64,000 bases of DNA from an uncultured Chlamydiales bacterium (lineage in GTDB: Bacteria > Chlamydiota > Chlamydiia > Chlamydiales > Rhabdochlamydiaceae). How positions within the stretch are numbered: position 1 is the stretch's first letter; the number at the start of each line of letters is the position of its first letter. The DNA lies in NCBI GenBank assembly GCA_963700985.1, contig OY969554.1, positions 1,536,001 through 1,600,000 on the forward strand. The letters are read 5' to 3'. Below the pieces are notes generated by a model. That model was not told the origin of the DNA. It saw only the letters and a program-made list of their open reading frames with translations, and searched no databases. The translations under genes were made by a program, and so were the position numbers. This document shows positions 18,704 to 28,726 of the stretch, in pieces.

Positions 18704-19759
18704 TTAGACTTCTGCGAGTTCGGCAAGTGGCTCTGCGTTTGCTTTGCCTACAAGACCGCCTTTTTCCATCGCAGCAGCCATAGTGAGTTTTTCTAGCTCA
18801 TCGCACATTTGCGGATTCTTTTTGAGCTCCTCGCGGGCGGCTTCTCTGCCTTGTCCAAGACGCTGGCCTTTAAAGCTAAACCAGGTGCCTTTCTTCTCGA
18901 GAACGCCTAGCTCTGCGCCGAGGTCGATGAGTGAACCGATGCGCGAGATGCCTTCGTTGAACATAACGTCAAATTCAGCGGTTTGGAAGGGAGGAGCGAG
19001 TTTGTTCTTCACAACTTTAACTTTCACGCGGTTGCCGATATCGAGATTTTCAGCTCCTTTGATGCTGCCGATGCGGCGTATATCCAAGCGGATAGAAGAG
19101 TAAAACTTCAGCGCCTTACCACCTGTTGTCGTCTCGGGGTTACCAAACATCACGCCGATTTTTTCACGCAACTGGTTGATAAAGATCGCGCAGGTATTGC
19201 TCTTCGAAAGGGTCGCTGCAAGTTTACGCAGGGCTTGAGACATCATACGCGCTTGTAATCCCATAAAAGAGTCGCCGATCTCGCCTTCTAGTTCGCTTTT
19301 AGGCACAAGAGCTGCAACAGAATCGATTACGATGACATCGATGGCATTCGAACGGGCGAGCATCTCGGTGATGTTGAGCGCTTCTTCTCCAGAAGAAGGC
19401 TGGGAAACTAGCAGTTCGTCTAAGTTTACGCCGATTTTTGCTGCGTATGCAGGATCGAATGCGTGTTCCGCATCGATATAAGCAGCTGTTCCGCCATTTT
19501 TTTGTGCATTGGCGACAATATGCGTAGCAAGCGTAGATTTACCAGAGGACTCGGGTCCATAGATCTCAACGATTCTTCCTCTAGGCACCCCACCAATACC
19601 GAGGGCGATGTCAAGGGCAATGGCGCCCGTTTTGATCACGCTGATCTCTCGGTTAGAAGAGTGTTTACCCAGCATCATGATGGAGCCTTCACCAAACTGT
19701 TTCTCAATATGAGAGACGGCGAGCTCTAGTGCTTTTTTCTTAGCGTTATCGTTTGACAT
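18704..19759 (-). CDS. recA: Recombinase A
   Basis: [42 protein letters not shown]. Confidence 0.99.
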   Translation of the reverse strand: MSNDNAKKKALELAVSHIEKQFGEGSIMMLGKHSSNREISVIKTGAIALDIALGIGGVPRGRIVEIYGPESSGKSTLATHIVANAQKNGGTAAYIDAEHAFDPAYAAKIGVNLDELLVSQPSSGEEALNITEMLARSNAIDVIVIDSVAALVPKSELEGEIGDSFMGLQARMMSQALRKLAATLSKSNTCAIFINQLREKIGVMFGNPETTTGGKALKFYSSIRLDIRRIGSIKGAENLDIGNRVKVKVVKNKLAPPFQTAEFDVMFNEGISRIGSLIDLGAELGVLEKKGTWFSFKGQRLGQGREAAREELKKNPQMCDELEKLTMAAAMEKGGLVGKANAEPLAELAEV

Positions 19760-19858
19760 TCTTTATCTCCTTTTTTCCTAATAGCCCATTCTAATGAACG
19801 ATCGTATTTCCAAAAACCATGTATTTTGCTTTAGTGAAGAAAAAGAAAGGAATTAAAA

Positions 19859-20830
19859 ATGATTCTAGCAGGAGATGTCGGCGGAACGAAGACACACATC
19901 GCTCTTTTTGATGTTTCGAAAGGAACAAAAATTGTCCGCGAACAGAAATATCAGAGTCGCGAGTTCGAAAGCCTTTCACACATCGTGCATCTTTTTTTAG
20001 CTGAGGAAAAGCTAGAAATTGAGAGCGCCTGCTTTGGAATTGCGGGGCCTGTTGAAGAGGGAGTGTGTCGCGCGACTAATCTTCCGTGGGTGGTCGATAA
20101 CCGAGAACTTTCTAAAGATCTTAAAATCCCCAAGGTCTGGCTGATCAATGATCTAGAAGCCAATGCTTATGGGATCAGCAGCTTACAATCTTCCGAACTC
20201 TATGTTTTAAACAAAGGAAAGGCGCGGCCTGGAAATGGAGCGCTCATCGCGGCCGGCACGGGGTTGGGCGAGGCGGGAATTTTTTGGGATGGAAAGAAGC
20301 ACACTCCTTTTGCCACGGAAGGTGGGCATGCAGACTTCGCCCCGCGCGATGGGCTAGAGCTAGAACTTTGGCGCTATCTACATGCGCGGTTCGATCATGT
20401 CTCTTACGAAAGGGTTCTCTCGGGACCAGGGATTTACAATCTTTATCGCTTTCTCATCGACACGGATCGCGAAAAAGAGATCGAGGAAGTTAAAAATCGT
20501 TTTTTAAATGAAGACCCTCCGCTTGTGATTACAGATTCAGCTCTCAAGCGGCGCTGCCAAGCGTGCTTACGCACTGTCACCTGGTTCACTTCGTTATATG
20601 GGGGGGCTACAGGTAATCTAGCTTTGAAGTTTCTCTCCTTGAACGGAATTTATGTCGGCGGAGGAATAGCCCCCAAGATTTTGGATTTTTTGAAAGAAGG
20701 AAGCTTTATGGGCGCTTTTTGTGCGAAAGGGCGCTTCGCTCCGCTACTGGCTTCCATTCCAGTGAAGATCGTTCTTAATGAGAACACGGCTCTCTTAGGT
20801 GCTTTTAATTACGCTAGATCCAACGGTTGA
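19859..20830 (+). CDS. glk: Glucokinase
   Basis: LAGDVGGTKT, TNLPW, INDLEA, GTGLG, EGGHADF, ERVLSGPG. Confidence 0.95.
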   Translation: MILAGDVGGTKTHIALFDVSKGTKIVREQKYQSREFESLSHIVHLFLAEEKLEIESACFGIAGPVEEGVCRATNLPWVVDNRELSKDLKIPKVWLINDLEANAYGISSLQSSELYVLNKGKARPGNGALIAAGTGLGEAGIFWDGKKHTPFATEGGHADFAPRDGLELELWRYLHARFDHVSYERVLSGPGIYNLYRFLIDTDREKEIEEVKNRFLNEDPPLVITDSALKRRCQACLRTVTWFTSLYGGATGNLALKFLSLNGIYVGGGIAPKILDFLKEGSFMGAFCAKGRFAPLLASIPVKIVLNENTALLGAFNYARSNG

Positions 20831-21602
20831 TGACGAAGCAGGGATCATTATCTGTCCAGCTATTCACCGGCCGGCGTTTGAGCGTTTGAGAAATTTCTGT
20901 TAATCTCGTGAGCAGCGGATAGATCACAACCCCGACGCCAATTAGGCTTTCTATGGTCTCATTTTGATTCAAAACGATCACCACGTGTCCTTTCCAAACG
21001 ATTAGATCGAGCGGTTTTAAAAGCTTTTGAATCTCTTCCAGAGACTTTCCTTCAATGCTAAGATTTTGACCAAATATGATGAGCTCGGAGGTGTTTCGAG
21101 CTGTAAAGCCGTCGGTGGCCCAGTAAAGAAACCCTGAACAATCAACGCCGTGAAAAGCCCAGGTTTTTAAGAGCTTTTCATCTAAAGATCTAGCTGGGGG
21201 ATAGAGATCGAGCATGCGCGGAACGCCAGGCCAACTTCCTCCCCACACATACATGAAACCGATTAAAGATTTTAGCCTATGTAAAATGAGCTCAGGCGCG
21301 GGGCAGATTCTCAAGCGTTCGGGAGTTTGTGCATCGACAAAAGAGAGAAACCGGCTATCTACATACAGAGAATTTCCCAAATAATCGTGTGTTCTTACAT
21401 GCAAGATATTCGGCTGATTGCATTGGGCAAGAACCTCAAATTTTGTTTGAGGCAGGGCCACGGTCTCAATGGCGCGCAGCAGCCCCTTGGGATCGATCGG
21501 TAGTGACACGCCATCGGAACCACCAAAAATCTCGCAAAAGTTCGGCGTGTTTAAGATAGGCGTAGGAAACTTTGCAACTGCGAAACGGGTGGGAGTGGTC
21601 AT
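20814..21602 (-). CDS. NlpC/P60-family cell-wall peptidase
   Basis: YVWGG...GVDCSGF (catalytic Cys)...WKGHV (His). Confidence 0.82.
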   Translation of the reverse strand: MTTPTRFAVAKFPTPILNTPNFCEIFGGSDGVSLPIDPKGLLRAIETVALPQTKFEVLAQCNQPNILHVRTHDYLGNSLYVDSRFLSFVDAQTPERLRICPAPELILHRLKSLIGFMYVWGGSWPGVPRMLDLYPPARSLDEKLLKTWAFHGVDCSGFLYWATDGFTARNTSELIIFGQNLSIEGKSLEEIQKLLKPLDLIVWKGHVVIVLNQNETIESLIGVGVVIYPLLTRLTEISQTLKRRPVNSWTDNDPCFVINRWI

Positions 21603-21652
21603 AGCTTAAAATAGTCCTCAAGCGTTAAACTGAGGCAATAGATGAGGTCAAA

Positions 21653-23251
21653 ATGAAAAAAACATCACTTCTTCTCGTTCTTCTGGTCATTTTGACTGCC
21701 GGCTTTGCTTCTTGTCAACCCACCCCCAAAGAGCCGCAAAGAGTAGCTCTTAGGCAGAAGCTGCGCATCAATCTTGTCGATGAGCCGCAAACGCTCGATC
21801 CGCGTAAAGCGCGCGATGTGAGGGATCAGGCCGTCATGCGCATGCTGTTTGAAGGTCTCACGCGTGTAAATAAAGAAGAAAAAGCTGAGCTTGCACTTGC
21901 CAAAGACGTCGAAATTTCTCCTGACTTAAAGACTTATACCTTTCATCTGCGTCCTTCGCAATGGTCGAATGGAGAGGCAGTTACGGCGGAAGATTTCGCG
22001 TATTCATGGAAGAAAGTACTCGATCCACAATTTCCGGCAGACTGCGCCTTTCAGCTCTATGTAATCAAAAATGCAAAATCCGCCAAACTCGGGCTTATCC
22101 CTTTAGATGAAATAGGCGTTCATGTCATCGGCCCTTTAACTTTAAAAGTCGAACTCGAGCAACCGACTCCTTATCTCTTAGAACTTCTAGCTGCGCCCTA
22201 CTTTTTCCCTGTGAATAAAAAACTCGATCAAGACAACCCGATCTGGATGCAAAAGACATCGACTTATGTCTCTAATGGTCCTTTTTTGCTGAGCGATTGG
22301 AAGCATCAAGATTTTTTAAGGGTTAAGAAAAATGGCACTTATTGGGATAAAAACGCCGTTAGCCTAAACGAGATCGAAATTTTCATGGTGCGTGAAGAGA
22401 CCGAACTTAAAATGTTCGAAATGCATGAGATCGACTGGGCGGGATCTCCCCTTTCGACGTTGACCGTCGATGCTTTGGAAGACCTTAAAAAACAAGATCT
22501 TCTACATGTAAAGCCGATCCTCGGCACCGCTTTTCTTCGCGCAAATGTCGAGCGAGAGCCGTTTAACCATCCAGCGATTCGCTGGGCCTTTGCTTTGGCC
22601 ATCAACCGCCAGGCGATCGTCGAACATATCACGCGCGGAAATCAGATTCCTGCTACGGGAATCGTGCCGCTTTCATTAAATCTGCAAAAAGAGCCCTATT
22701 TTCAGGATGGCGATGGAAAGATGGCGCGCGATTTATTCGAGGCCACTATAAAACAGTTAGGATGGCGCAAAGAGAGGCTGCCCGAGATCACACTTACCTA
22801 CGTGCAGAGCGAGCGCAACCACACTATTTCGCAAGCTTTGCAACAACAATGGTTTGAGGCTTTTGGAATTAGAATCAAATTGGAAGCCGTCGAAAAGAAG
22901 GTCTATTTCGACAGGCTTTCGAAACAAGATTATCAGCTTTCGACAGGCTCATGGCTTGCCGACTTCAACGATCCGGTCAATTTCTTAGACAACTTTAAGT
23001 ATAAGAGCGCTAGCACGAACAACACGCGCTGGGAAAACCCCTCCTTTGTGCAACTACTTGACCAATCAGGGGCTTTGGTAGATCGTGAAGAACGCAGTAA
23101 AGTTTTAAGTGAGGTAGAAAGAATCTTAATCGATGAGATGCCGATTATCCCCATTTTCCATTTTACACTGCTTTACGTAAAAGATCCGGCGCTCAGCGAC
23201 GTGGTTTTGACATCTATGGGAAATATCGATTTTAAATGGGCACATTTCTAA
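21653..23251 (+). CDS. oppA: Oligopeptide ABC transporter substrate-binding lipoprotein
   Basis: Lipobox FASC, TLDPR, LFEGLTR, YTFHLR..WSNG..VTAEDF.YSW, SNGPF, W.ADFNDP. Confidence 0.92.
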   Translation: MKKTSLLLVLLVILTAGFASCQPTPKEPQRVALRQKLRINLVDEPQTLDPRKARDVRDQAVMRMLFEGLTRVNKEEKAELALAKDVEISPDLKTYTFHLRPSQWSNGEAVTAEDFAYSWKKVLDPQFPADCAFQLYVIKNAKSAKLGLIPLDEIGVHVIGPLTLKVELEQPTPYLLELLAAPYFFPVNKKLDQDNPIWMQKTSTYVSNGPFLLSDWKHQDFLRVKKNGTYWDKNAVSLNEIEIFMVREETELKMFEMHEIDWAGSPLSTLTVDALEDLKKQDLLHVKPILGTAFLRANVEREPFNHPAIRWAFALAINRQAIVEHITRGNQIPATGIVPLSLNLQKEPYFQDGDGKMARDLFEATIKQLGWRKERLPEITLTYVQSERNHTISQALQQQWFEAFGIRIKLEAVEKKVYFDRLSKQDYQLSTGSWLADFNDPVNFLDNFKYKSASTNNTRWENPSFVQLLDQSGALVDREERSKVLSEVERILIDEMPIIPIFHFTLLYVKDPALSDVVLTSMGNIDFKWAHF

Positions 23252-23260
23252 GGAGATCGA

Positions 23261-23728
23261 ATGATAAGAAAGGCAATTTTTACCTGCCTGCTCCTGTGCA
23301 GCACGCTATTTGGCCAAACCTGTTTTGCTTCATCCGTAAGGTTAATCAATGATAGCCCGCATAAATTGCGTGCCGTGGTCAGAGGTAGCGATGGTTCAAA
23401 TCTCGGAGAAATGATGGTCGAGCCAGATCAAGCTACCACTTGGAGCGATCAAACTGCGCGCACAAGCGAGCTACAAAAGGGAAACATCTATCAAAACCAA
23501 CCTTGGCGCTCTCAAACTCCCTTTACTGTGCTCTGGTATTGTGAAGATGGCAGCGACTTTGCCTTTTGTGAATCGGTCAATACGGGTAATACCGTATCTG
23601 CCAAAAGCTGCAATGGCTCTCGCCAATGTAAACTGAAGAAGAAAAATCCTCAGAGCACAAAGCCTGAGCAGTTCTTCGAAAAAGAAGCGCAGAAAGAACA
23701 GCGAGCTGTTGGCCCACCAAAATACTGA
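23261..23728 (+). CDS. Hypothetical exported protein
   Basis: AAGGAG RBS, signal peptide, Cys-containing body. Confidence 0.7.
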   Translation: MIRKAIFTCLLLCSTLFGQTCFASSVRLINDSPHKLRAVVRGSDGSNLGEMMVEPDQATTWSDQTARTSELQKGNIYQNQPWRSQTPFTVLWYCEDGSDFAFCESVNTGNTVSAKSCNGSRQCKLKKKNPQSTKPEQFFEKEAQKEQRAVGPPKY

Positions 23729-23743
23729 GATAGGTTCATTTAA

Positions 23744-24316
23744 TTAAAAGAGAGCGAGCTGATCGAGCCTAAAGTCATGGCTTTCAGCAGGAAGTGGCTC
23801 TGCAAGGAGCTGCTCTTTAAAACCTATGCCGATGCACATCGGATGGATCTCTTTTGAGGCGAGAGTTTGCAGGAAGCGATCGTAATAGCCTTTGCCATAG
23901 CCTAAGCGATTTCCAGCAGGATCAAAGCCTAAGCCGGGCACAAGAATGCAATCGAGCTTATTTAAGTTTATCTCTTCACACAACTGCGGCTTTGGTTCAT
24001 AAATAGGCGCGCAATATTCCATTTGAGTTGCAATATCAGTCACCGCAAAAATCGAAAGAGTCTCTCCCATGACTTTGGGGAGCAGCAGGCGTTTTTCTCG
24101 AGCAAGTTGCTGGTTAAGCAGGGTGAGATCGATCTCGCCTGGCAGGCTGGCGAAGGAGAGAACATAAGAGTAATCAATAAGGGCAGCACTCAAACTTTGA
24201 AAAAGATCGTCCGCAGCTTGAGCACGCCTATCTGGAGAAAGAGTGGATCGAACCTCTCTTAATAAGCTTCGATAAAAGAACTTATTCTGTATTAAGAAGG
24301 GGCTTGCCTTTGTCAT
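23744..24316 (-). CDS. ygfA: 5-formyltetrahydrofolate cyclo-ligase
   Basis: ILVPGLGFD..GNRLGYGKGYYDRFL, ESHDF. Confidence 0.93.
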   Translation of the reverse strand: MTKASPFLIQNKFFYRSLLREVRSTLSPDRRAQAADDLFQSLSAALIDYSYVLSFASLPGEIDLTLLNQQLAREKRLLLPKVMGETLSIFAVTDIATQMEYCAPIYEPKPQLCEEINLNKLDCILVPGLGFDPAGNRLGYGKGYYDRFLQTLASKEIHPMCIGIGFKEQLLAEPLPAESHDFRLDQLALF

Positions 24317-25556
24317 AATTCACTTTTTTCAGAAATTTGCCATGCGGATCGTAGAGAGTGGCGATTCCTTCTCCGTCGTCAATTTTCGAAGTAGGGAGTT
24401 TTTCGCCTCTTTTGAAATAGGTTCCCTTGAGTAACTTGTCGTTATCATACTCTTCATTCAGCATCAGTGAACCGTCGCGATACCAGGCAAAGCTCATGCC
24501 ATGTCTTTTATTGGCGCTCAGCTCGCGCTGACTTTCCACGGTGCCATTGTCATACCAGGTTTTAACCAGTCCATGCAGCAAGTCGTCTTGCCAGGTCACC
24601 AGCAGTTTAGGAAGGGCTTTCCCTTCTTTATTAGGCGGGTAGTATTCGATCTCTTCACCAGATTTTTGTCCTTCTTTGACCAAATATTCGCGTTGAAGGG
24701 CGCCGTTGTTTTCAAAAACCTGAATCATGCCATCGGCTTCACCGTGATGAACTTCGATAAGAGAATGCAGTGTGGTTTCATTAAAGAGTGCTTGCTTGCC
24801 TTCACCGGCTAAGATTTCGGCCACTTTCATGCCAGTGCGGTCAAAATAGACGGCATCTTTTAACTGATTTTGGACATACGTCTCTTTGTATTTGATCTTA
24901 TCAGCTGTCCAGAAGCCTTCAGCAATTCCTTCTTTCAAGCCTTTTTCGAATTGAAGACGCTCTTGCAGGCTGCCATCTTCCGCATAGACAGTCACAATCC
25001 CCACCACTTGATCTTTCATGTAGGGGATCTCTTTTTGCAGCTGTCCTGAGGGGTAATAGTATTTTGAAACGCCTTCTAGCACGCCCTTACTATATAAGAT
25101 CTCCGCTAAGCATTTGCCCTGTTCATCCCACACCTGACTTTTTCCGTCGAAAAGCCAGCTGCTCTGCGCGATATAACTCAAATCGGCAACGCCCTCGATA
25201 ACGGTAGCTTCAATTTTAAGTTGCCCATTCTCATACCACTCGCGGTATAGCCCATGCGCACGGCCATCGACGATTTCGATGAAGTGAGAGACCTGACCGT
25301 TAGAATGGTAATTCGTTAGCTGAGAGTGCGTTCTGCCTTGATCGTCGCGGCCATAGATACGCAAAATTTTCTGAAAGGGTTGCGGCGAGAAGAAGTCGAC
25401 GTTTTGATATTGGGCGAGGCGTTCTTTGGCGCTCACCGTTTCCGAAAAGCCGTGTCGATCAACGAGTTGGATGCTGAGAAGCGGCTGCGATTTTTCCTCA
25501 GGCGTCTTATGACTGCATGCGGATAAAAGAATGAGCAGAAAAAATAATCTTTTCAT
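24282..25556 (-). CDS. MORN/YwqK-repeat lipoprotein (CT648-like)
   Basis: Lipobox LSAC and repeated G..x.WY.NG.L motifs; syntenic with ygfA. Confidence 0.85.
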   Translation of the reverse strand: MKRLFFLLILLSACSHKTPEEKSQPLLSIQLVDRHGFSETVSAKERLAQYQNVDFFSPQPFQKILRIYGRDDQGRTHSQLTNYHSNGQVSHFIEIVDGRAHGLYREWYENGQLKIEATVIEGVADLSYIAQSSWLFDGKSQVWDEQGKCLAEILYSKGVLEGVSKYYYPSGQLQKEIPYMKDQVVGIVTVYAEDGSLQERLQFEKGLKEGIAEGFWTADKIKYKETYVQNQLKDAVYFDRTGMKVAEILAGEGKQALFNETTLHSLIEVHHGEADGMIQVFENNGALQREYLVKEGQKSGEEIEYYPPNKEGKALPKLLVTWQDDLLHGLVKTWYDNGTVESQRELSANKRHGMSFAWYRDGSLMLNEEYDNDKLLKGTYFKRGEKLPTSKIDDGEGIATLYDPHGKFLKKVNYDKGKPLLNTE

Positions 25557-26122
25557 CGGATTTTCACGGGTTCTCGTTTAATAATTTGCATGGCGACTTC
25601 GAACATCTCTTCATCGCCTTGATTCAGCTGTTTAGCTAGATTGAAGCTTTTAATGGTGAGCTGAGGAGAAAACTCCTCTGGGAGAAATACTCCTATAGGC
25701 ACACCCTCGATTAAGCTTAAAACTTTTTTTAGCTCTTCTTCATTCAGCATGACCGGCTGTTTAAGCTTAACATCCGCCTCTTCTAGCTGATCCGAGCTTT
25801 TAGGGTTTTCTTCGAGAAACTGCAGGCGGTTTTCGCCTCCTCCCCGCGCTGGATAAGGGGAGACAAAGGCCAGACTTTCGAGGTTGGTCTCTAAGAAATT
25901 GTCTGTGCCCTTTTTAATTTTAGTCATCAGCTCGCGTTCTTTTTGTTTCTGCTCAGCAAGCTGCTGGCATCTATGCTCAAGGCTTGCCACCTGAAGACGT
26001 TTTTCGCTTATATCCTGCATCTGGAAAAAAAAGAGTCCCAAAATGCAGAGCAGCGGAAACGGGGCTATGCCCAGCAAGAGAAAAGGCATCACATCTTTTT
26101 TGAGAAGCGCTAGCAATTTCAT
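25553..26122 (-). CDS. Conserved chlamydial bitopic membrane protein (CT647-like; GspM/PilO-like topology)
   Basis: ATG at 26122 overlaps the upstream stop (ATGA). N-terminal TM, coiled coil, then a C-terminal domain. Confidence 0.7.
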   Translation of the reverse strand: MKLLALLKKDVMPFLLLGIAPFPLLCILGLFFFQMQDISEKRLQVASLEHRCQQLAEQKQKERELMTKIKKGTDNFLETNLESLAFVSPYPARGGGENRLQFLEENPKSSDQLEEADVKLKQPVMLNEEELKKVLSLIEGVPIGVFLPEEFSPQLTIKSFNLAKQLNQGDEEMFEVAMQIIKREPVKIR

Positions 26123-27501
26123 CTTTTCACGCTTTTTAAATAAAAGGAGGCTCGATACATATTCTGCTCTACGCTCCAAGTTACTTCTGGTTTGGGATTC
26201 ACTAGATCATCTCCCTTCAGTAGCGCCTCTCGAAAGAGTCTGGCAGCAGCAGGAGTTGAAGCCGTAAATTTAAGTTCCACCTTGGCGAGATAGGGCTCTC
26301 GAGCGCCCGTCAATTTTGGGTATTTAGCTAAATCGTAATGCACTTCCTTCATGTCGATCTCCTCAGAAAGAAGTGGATGCGCACACAGCCACGCTAAGAC
26401 ATCACTTACCCTAGGAGCTGTAGAGACAATGGGAAAGGGGATCTTCTCTTTAGACAACGCCTCTTCACACTGAGCGATGCCGTCGTTTAGATTTTCAAAG
26501 CTAGCGTTTTTGGCTAAGGTAAAACTTGCGAGTTTCTGTTTGAGCGAGCTCTCTTGTTGCCCAATAATTAGATGGCCTGCCGTTAAAAGGGCAACAGTTA
26601 GAGTCGCACAGATAGAGAGATAGTAAATGTAGAGGCGGTTTAATTTTTTCAGTTTACGAGGAGAAGCAAGCTCGGCTTGGCGGAATTCTACCGGAGTAGA
26701 TGTGTTGGCCATGCCTTCTAAGGCAAGTCCGATTGGGATGGCAAACGCGAAGAGCTCCGAAGAATCGAAAGGGGCGATTACTGCAGCGCCAAGATTTTTT
26801 TCGACATAATCTTTAAGATCGAATGGAAAGGTAGAAGCGCCAGTTAAAAGAAGTTTTTCAGGCATAAGAGCCGGGGGAGTCTTTTTTTTCAAAAAGGAGA
26901 AGGCGCGGTCCATCTCCTTTTGCAGCAAAAGCTCAGAAAAATTTTGTATTCCCAGAGAAAAAGCGTAAACCTGTTGGAGCTTGCCCTCTAAGATTAACCC
27001 GCAAAAACTCTTCTCATACCCGATATGGAGAAAAATAAGATTTGGTTGCTCAGGAAAAAAGTGGTGCGCAAAACGCGCGATGGCGGCAGGGGCGCAAGAG
27101 ACCTGATCAGGATCGAGATTTAGAGACTGCAGCTTAGCCAAATGCTGCTCTACATTAGCTTTAGTGGTGGCCAAAAGCGATATATCGCATTCGCCTCTGC
27201 CCTTCTTTGCAAAAAAAGGTAAAAGAATTGTTTCTTCAGGAGGATAGGGAAGAGCCGCTTCGGCTTGAAAAGGCAAAATTTTACGAATAGCATGGCGGCT
27301 TCTCATTTTGAGAGAGAGCTTGCGCACCATCAGCTCATCGCTTCCTAGCCCGGAAATGATCTTTGCATCTGGGCTTGGAAGATCGCCTGGCAGAAGCTCT
27401 TCGCTCTCTTTGAGCAGTCTGATTTCGACAGTTTTTTTATTTTGTCTCAGGCTGGCGCATTGCAGCTTGCCCCCTTCTACAAAAATCCCAAAGCTATCCA
27501 T
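26119..27501 (-). CDS. Conserved chlamydial protein (CT646-like; GspL/PilM-like)
   Basis: Actin-like cytoplasmic region (ILPFQAEAALPY, LHIG, LLLTG), single TM, periplasmic domain. Confidence 0.7.
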   Translation of the reverse strand: MDSFGIFVEGGKLQCASLRQNKKTVEIRLLKESEELLPGDLPSPDAKIISGLGSDELMVRKLSLKMRSRHAIRKILPFQAEAALPYPPEETILLPFFAKKGRGECDISLLATTKANVEQHLAKLQSLNLDPDQVSCAPAAIARFAHHFFPEQPNLIFLHIGYEKSFCGLILEGKLQQVYAFSLGIQNFSELLLQKEMDRAFSFLKKKTPPALMPEKLLLTGASTFPFDLKDYVEKNLGAAVIAPFDSSELFAFAIPIGLALEGMANTSTPVEFRQAELASPRKLKKLNRLYIYYLSICATLTVALLTAGHLIIGQQESSLKQKLASFTLAKNASFENLNDGIAQCEEALSKEKIPFPIVSTAPRVSDVLAWLCAHPLLSEEIDMKEVHYDLAKYPKLTGAREPYLAKVELKFTASTPAAARLFREALLKGDDLVNPKPEVTWSVEQNMYRASFYLKSVKR

Positions 27502-27636
27502 ATTAATCTGTGGCTATTCTAGTTACATATAGAGTCTACCTCTTGAGGACAGTCAAAGCCAAGCATTTCTAGTTAAGAAATTATTATTAGGACAAGGCCT
27601 ACATAAAAAAACGCGCACGTGTTAAGATCTAAAACC

Positions 27637-27888
27637 ATGTTAGCCTATCTCATTCATCTAGTTTTTCTCGCATACACACTGATGATCTTCGTCAGAGTGG
27701 TGGGTTCCTGGTTCTCCTCAGTGGCAGGCCACCCTATCATGCATTTTGTCAGCCGCTTTACCGATCCTTACTTGAATACTTTTCGTAAGCTTATTCCTCC
27801 GATTGGCGGATCGTTCGACTTAAGCCCTCTTTTAGGGTTTTTTGCCTTGCAGATCGGCGAGCAATTTCTTCTCAGTTTTTTTCGATAA
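27637..27888 (+). CDS. yggT: YggT family membrane protein
   Basis: TDPYLNTFRKLIPPIGG..DLSP. Confidence 0.9.
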   Translation: MLAYLIHLVFLAYTLMIFVRVVGSWFSSVAGHPIMHFVSRFTDPYLNTFRKLIPPIGGSFDLSPLLGFFALQIGEQFLLSFFR

Positions 27889-27890
27889 AT

Positions 27891-28157
27891 ATGGAAGAGC
27901 TGCACGCGATTGTTACAGGAAAAGTTCAGGGCGTCGGCTTTCGCGCAACGGTCAAATACCTTGCCAATGAATTGAATCTCAAAGGGTTTGCTCGCAATCT
28001 GGCCGATGGCTCGGTAGAGATATGTGCGCATGGAGAGAAAAAGAATCTCGAACAACTCATCCTGCGTTTAAAAGAAGAGTTTAAAATTCGCATCAAAAAC
28101 ATCGATCTAAACTATCGGGTTCTCTCTCAACCCTATCAAAGTTTCAAGATTCTATAA
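27891..28157 (+). CDS. acyP: Acylphosphatase
   Basis: VTGKVQGVGFR, GFARNLADGSVE. Confidence 0.93.
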   Translation: MEELHAIVTGKVQGVGFRATVKYLANELNLKGFARNLADGSVEICAHGEKKNLEQLILRLKEEFKIRIKNIDLNYRVLSQPYQSFKIL

Positions 28158-28177
28158 GACAGCTTCTAAGATAAAAG

Positions 28178-28301
28178 TAACAGGATGAGCAGGATCGGCT
28201 TGCCGCCGACAGGATATGCAAGATGGGGGGAGATACTTCCCATCCTACTTATCCTGCCGCGCCGCTATGCGGCGATCCTGCCAGCGCAGCGGATCCTGTA
28301 A
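28178..28301. repeat. CAGGAT-module palindromic repeat, copy 3 (two arms)
   Basis: taacaggatgagcaggatcggcttgccgccgacaggatatgcaagatg ... catcctacttatcctgccgcgccgctatgcggcgatcctgccagcgcagcggatcctgtaa. Confidence 0.88.
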
Positions 28302-28364
28302 ATATTTTTAACTCCATAATTTCAAAGGTTTTCAGGGTCTTTTAAAGCCTGCAGAAAATATTTT

Positions 28365-28402
28365 ACTCAGTATACTGAGTGAAATCACTCAATGCATTGA
28401 GT
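28365..28402. promoter_or_regulatory. Tandem 16-bp perfect palindromes (operator-like)
   Basis: ACTCAGTATACTGAGT (28365-28380) and ACTCAATGCATTGAGT (28387-28402), 22 bp apart, just upstream of ATG 28418. Confidence 0.6.
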
Positions 28403-28417
28403 AAATTCTGGATTCCA

Positions 28418-28726
28418 ATGAAAAAACGACCTATTTTTCATCAACTTCTTGAGCGATTACAAGAGCCACGTAAATTTATTCAGGTACTTCTTGGCCCAAG
28501 ACAGGTAGGGAAAACAACCCTTGCTCTTCAGGCAGCAAAAGCTATTGATAAACCGTGTCATTACATTTCAGCTGATTTAGCAACACTGCAAGATCTGGCC
28601 TGGTTGCAACAGCAATGGGAAGTTGCTAGGAATTTGGTCAAAACACGTAAGAGCAGAATGCTATCAGAGGTCGGTTACTTCGCGATTTTCGAAGATTTCC
28701 AGAAGGCGTGCGATGTTGGTAGATGA
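28418..28726 (+). pseudogene. Truncated AAA_14/DUF4143-type ATPase (N-terminal fragment)
   Basis: MKKRPIF...VLLGPRQVGKTTLA Walker A. Similarity ends before Walker B, and the frame runs on into the antisense of the next gene. Confidence 0.75.

Noticed and set aside
24282-24400. 6S RNA upstream of ygfA
   Set aside because: ygfA overlaps the upstream CDS, leaving no intergenic space.
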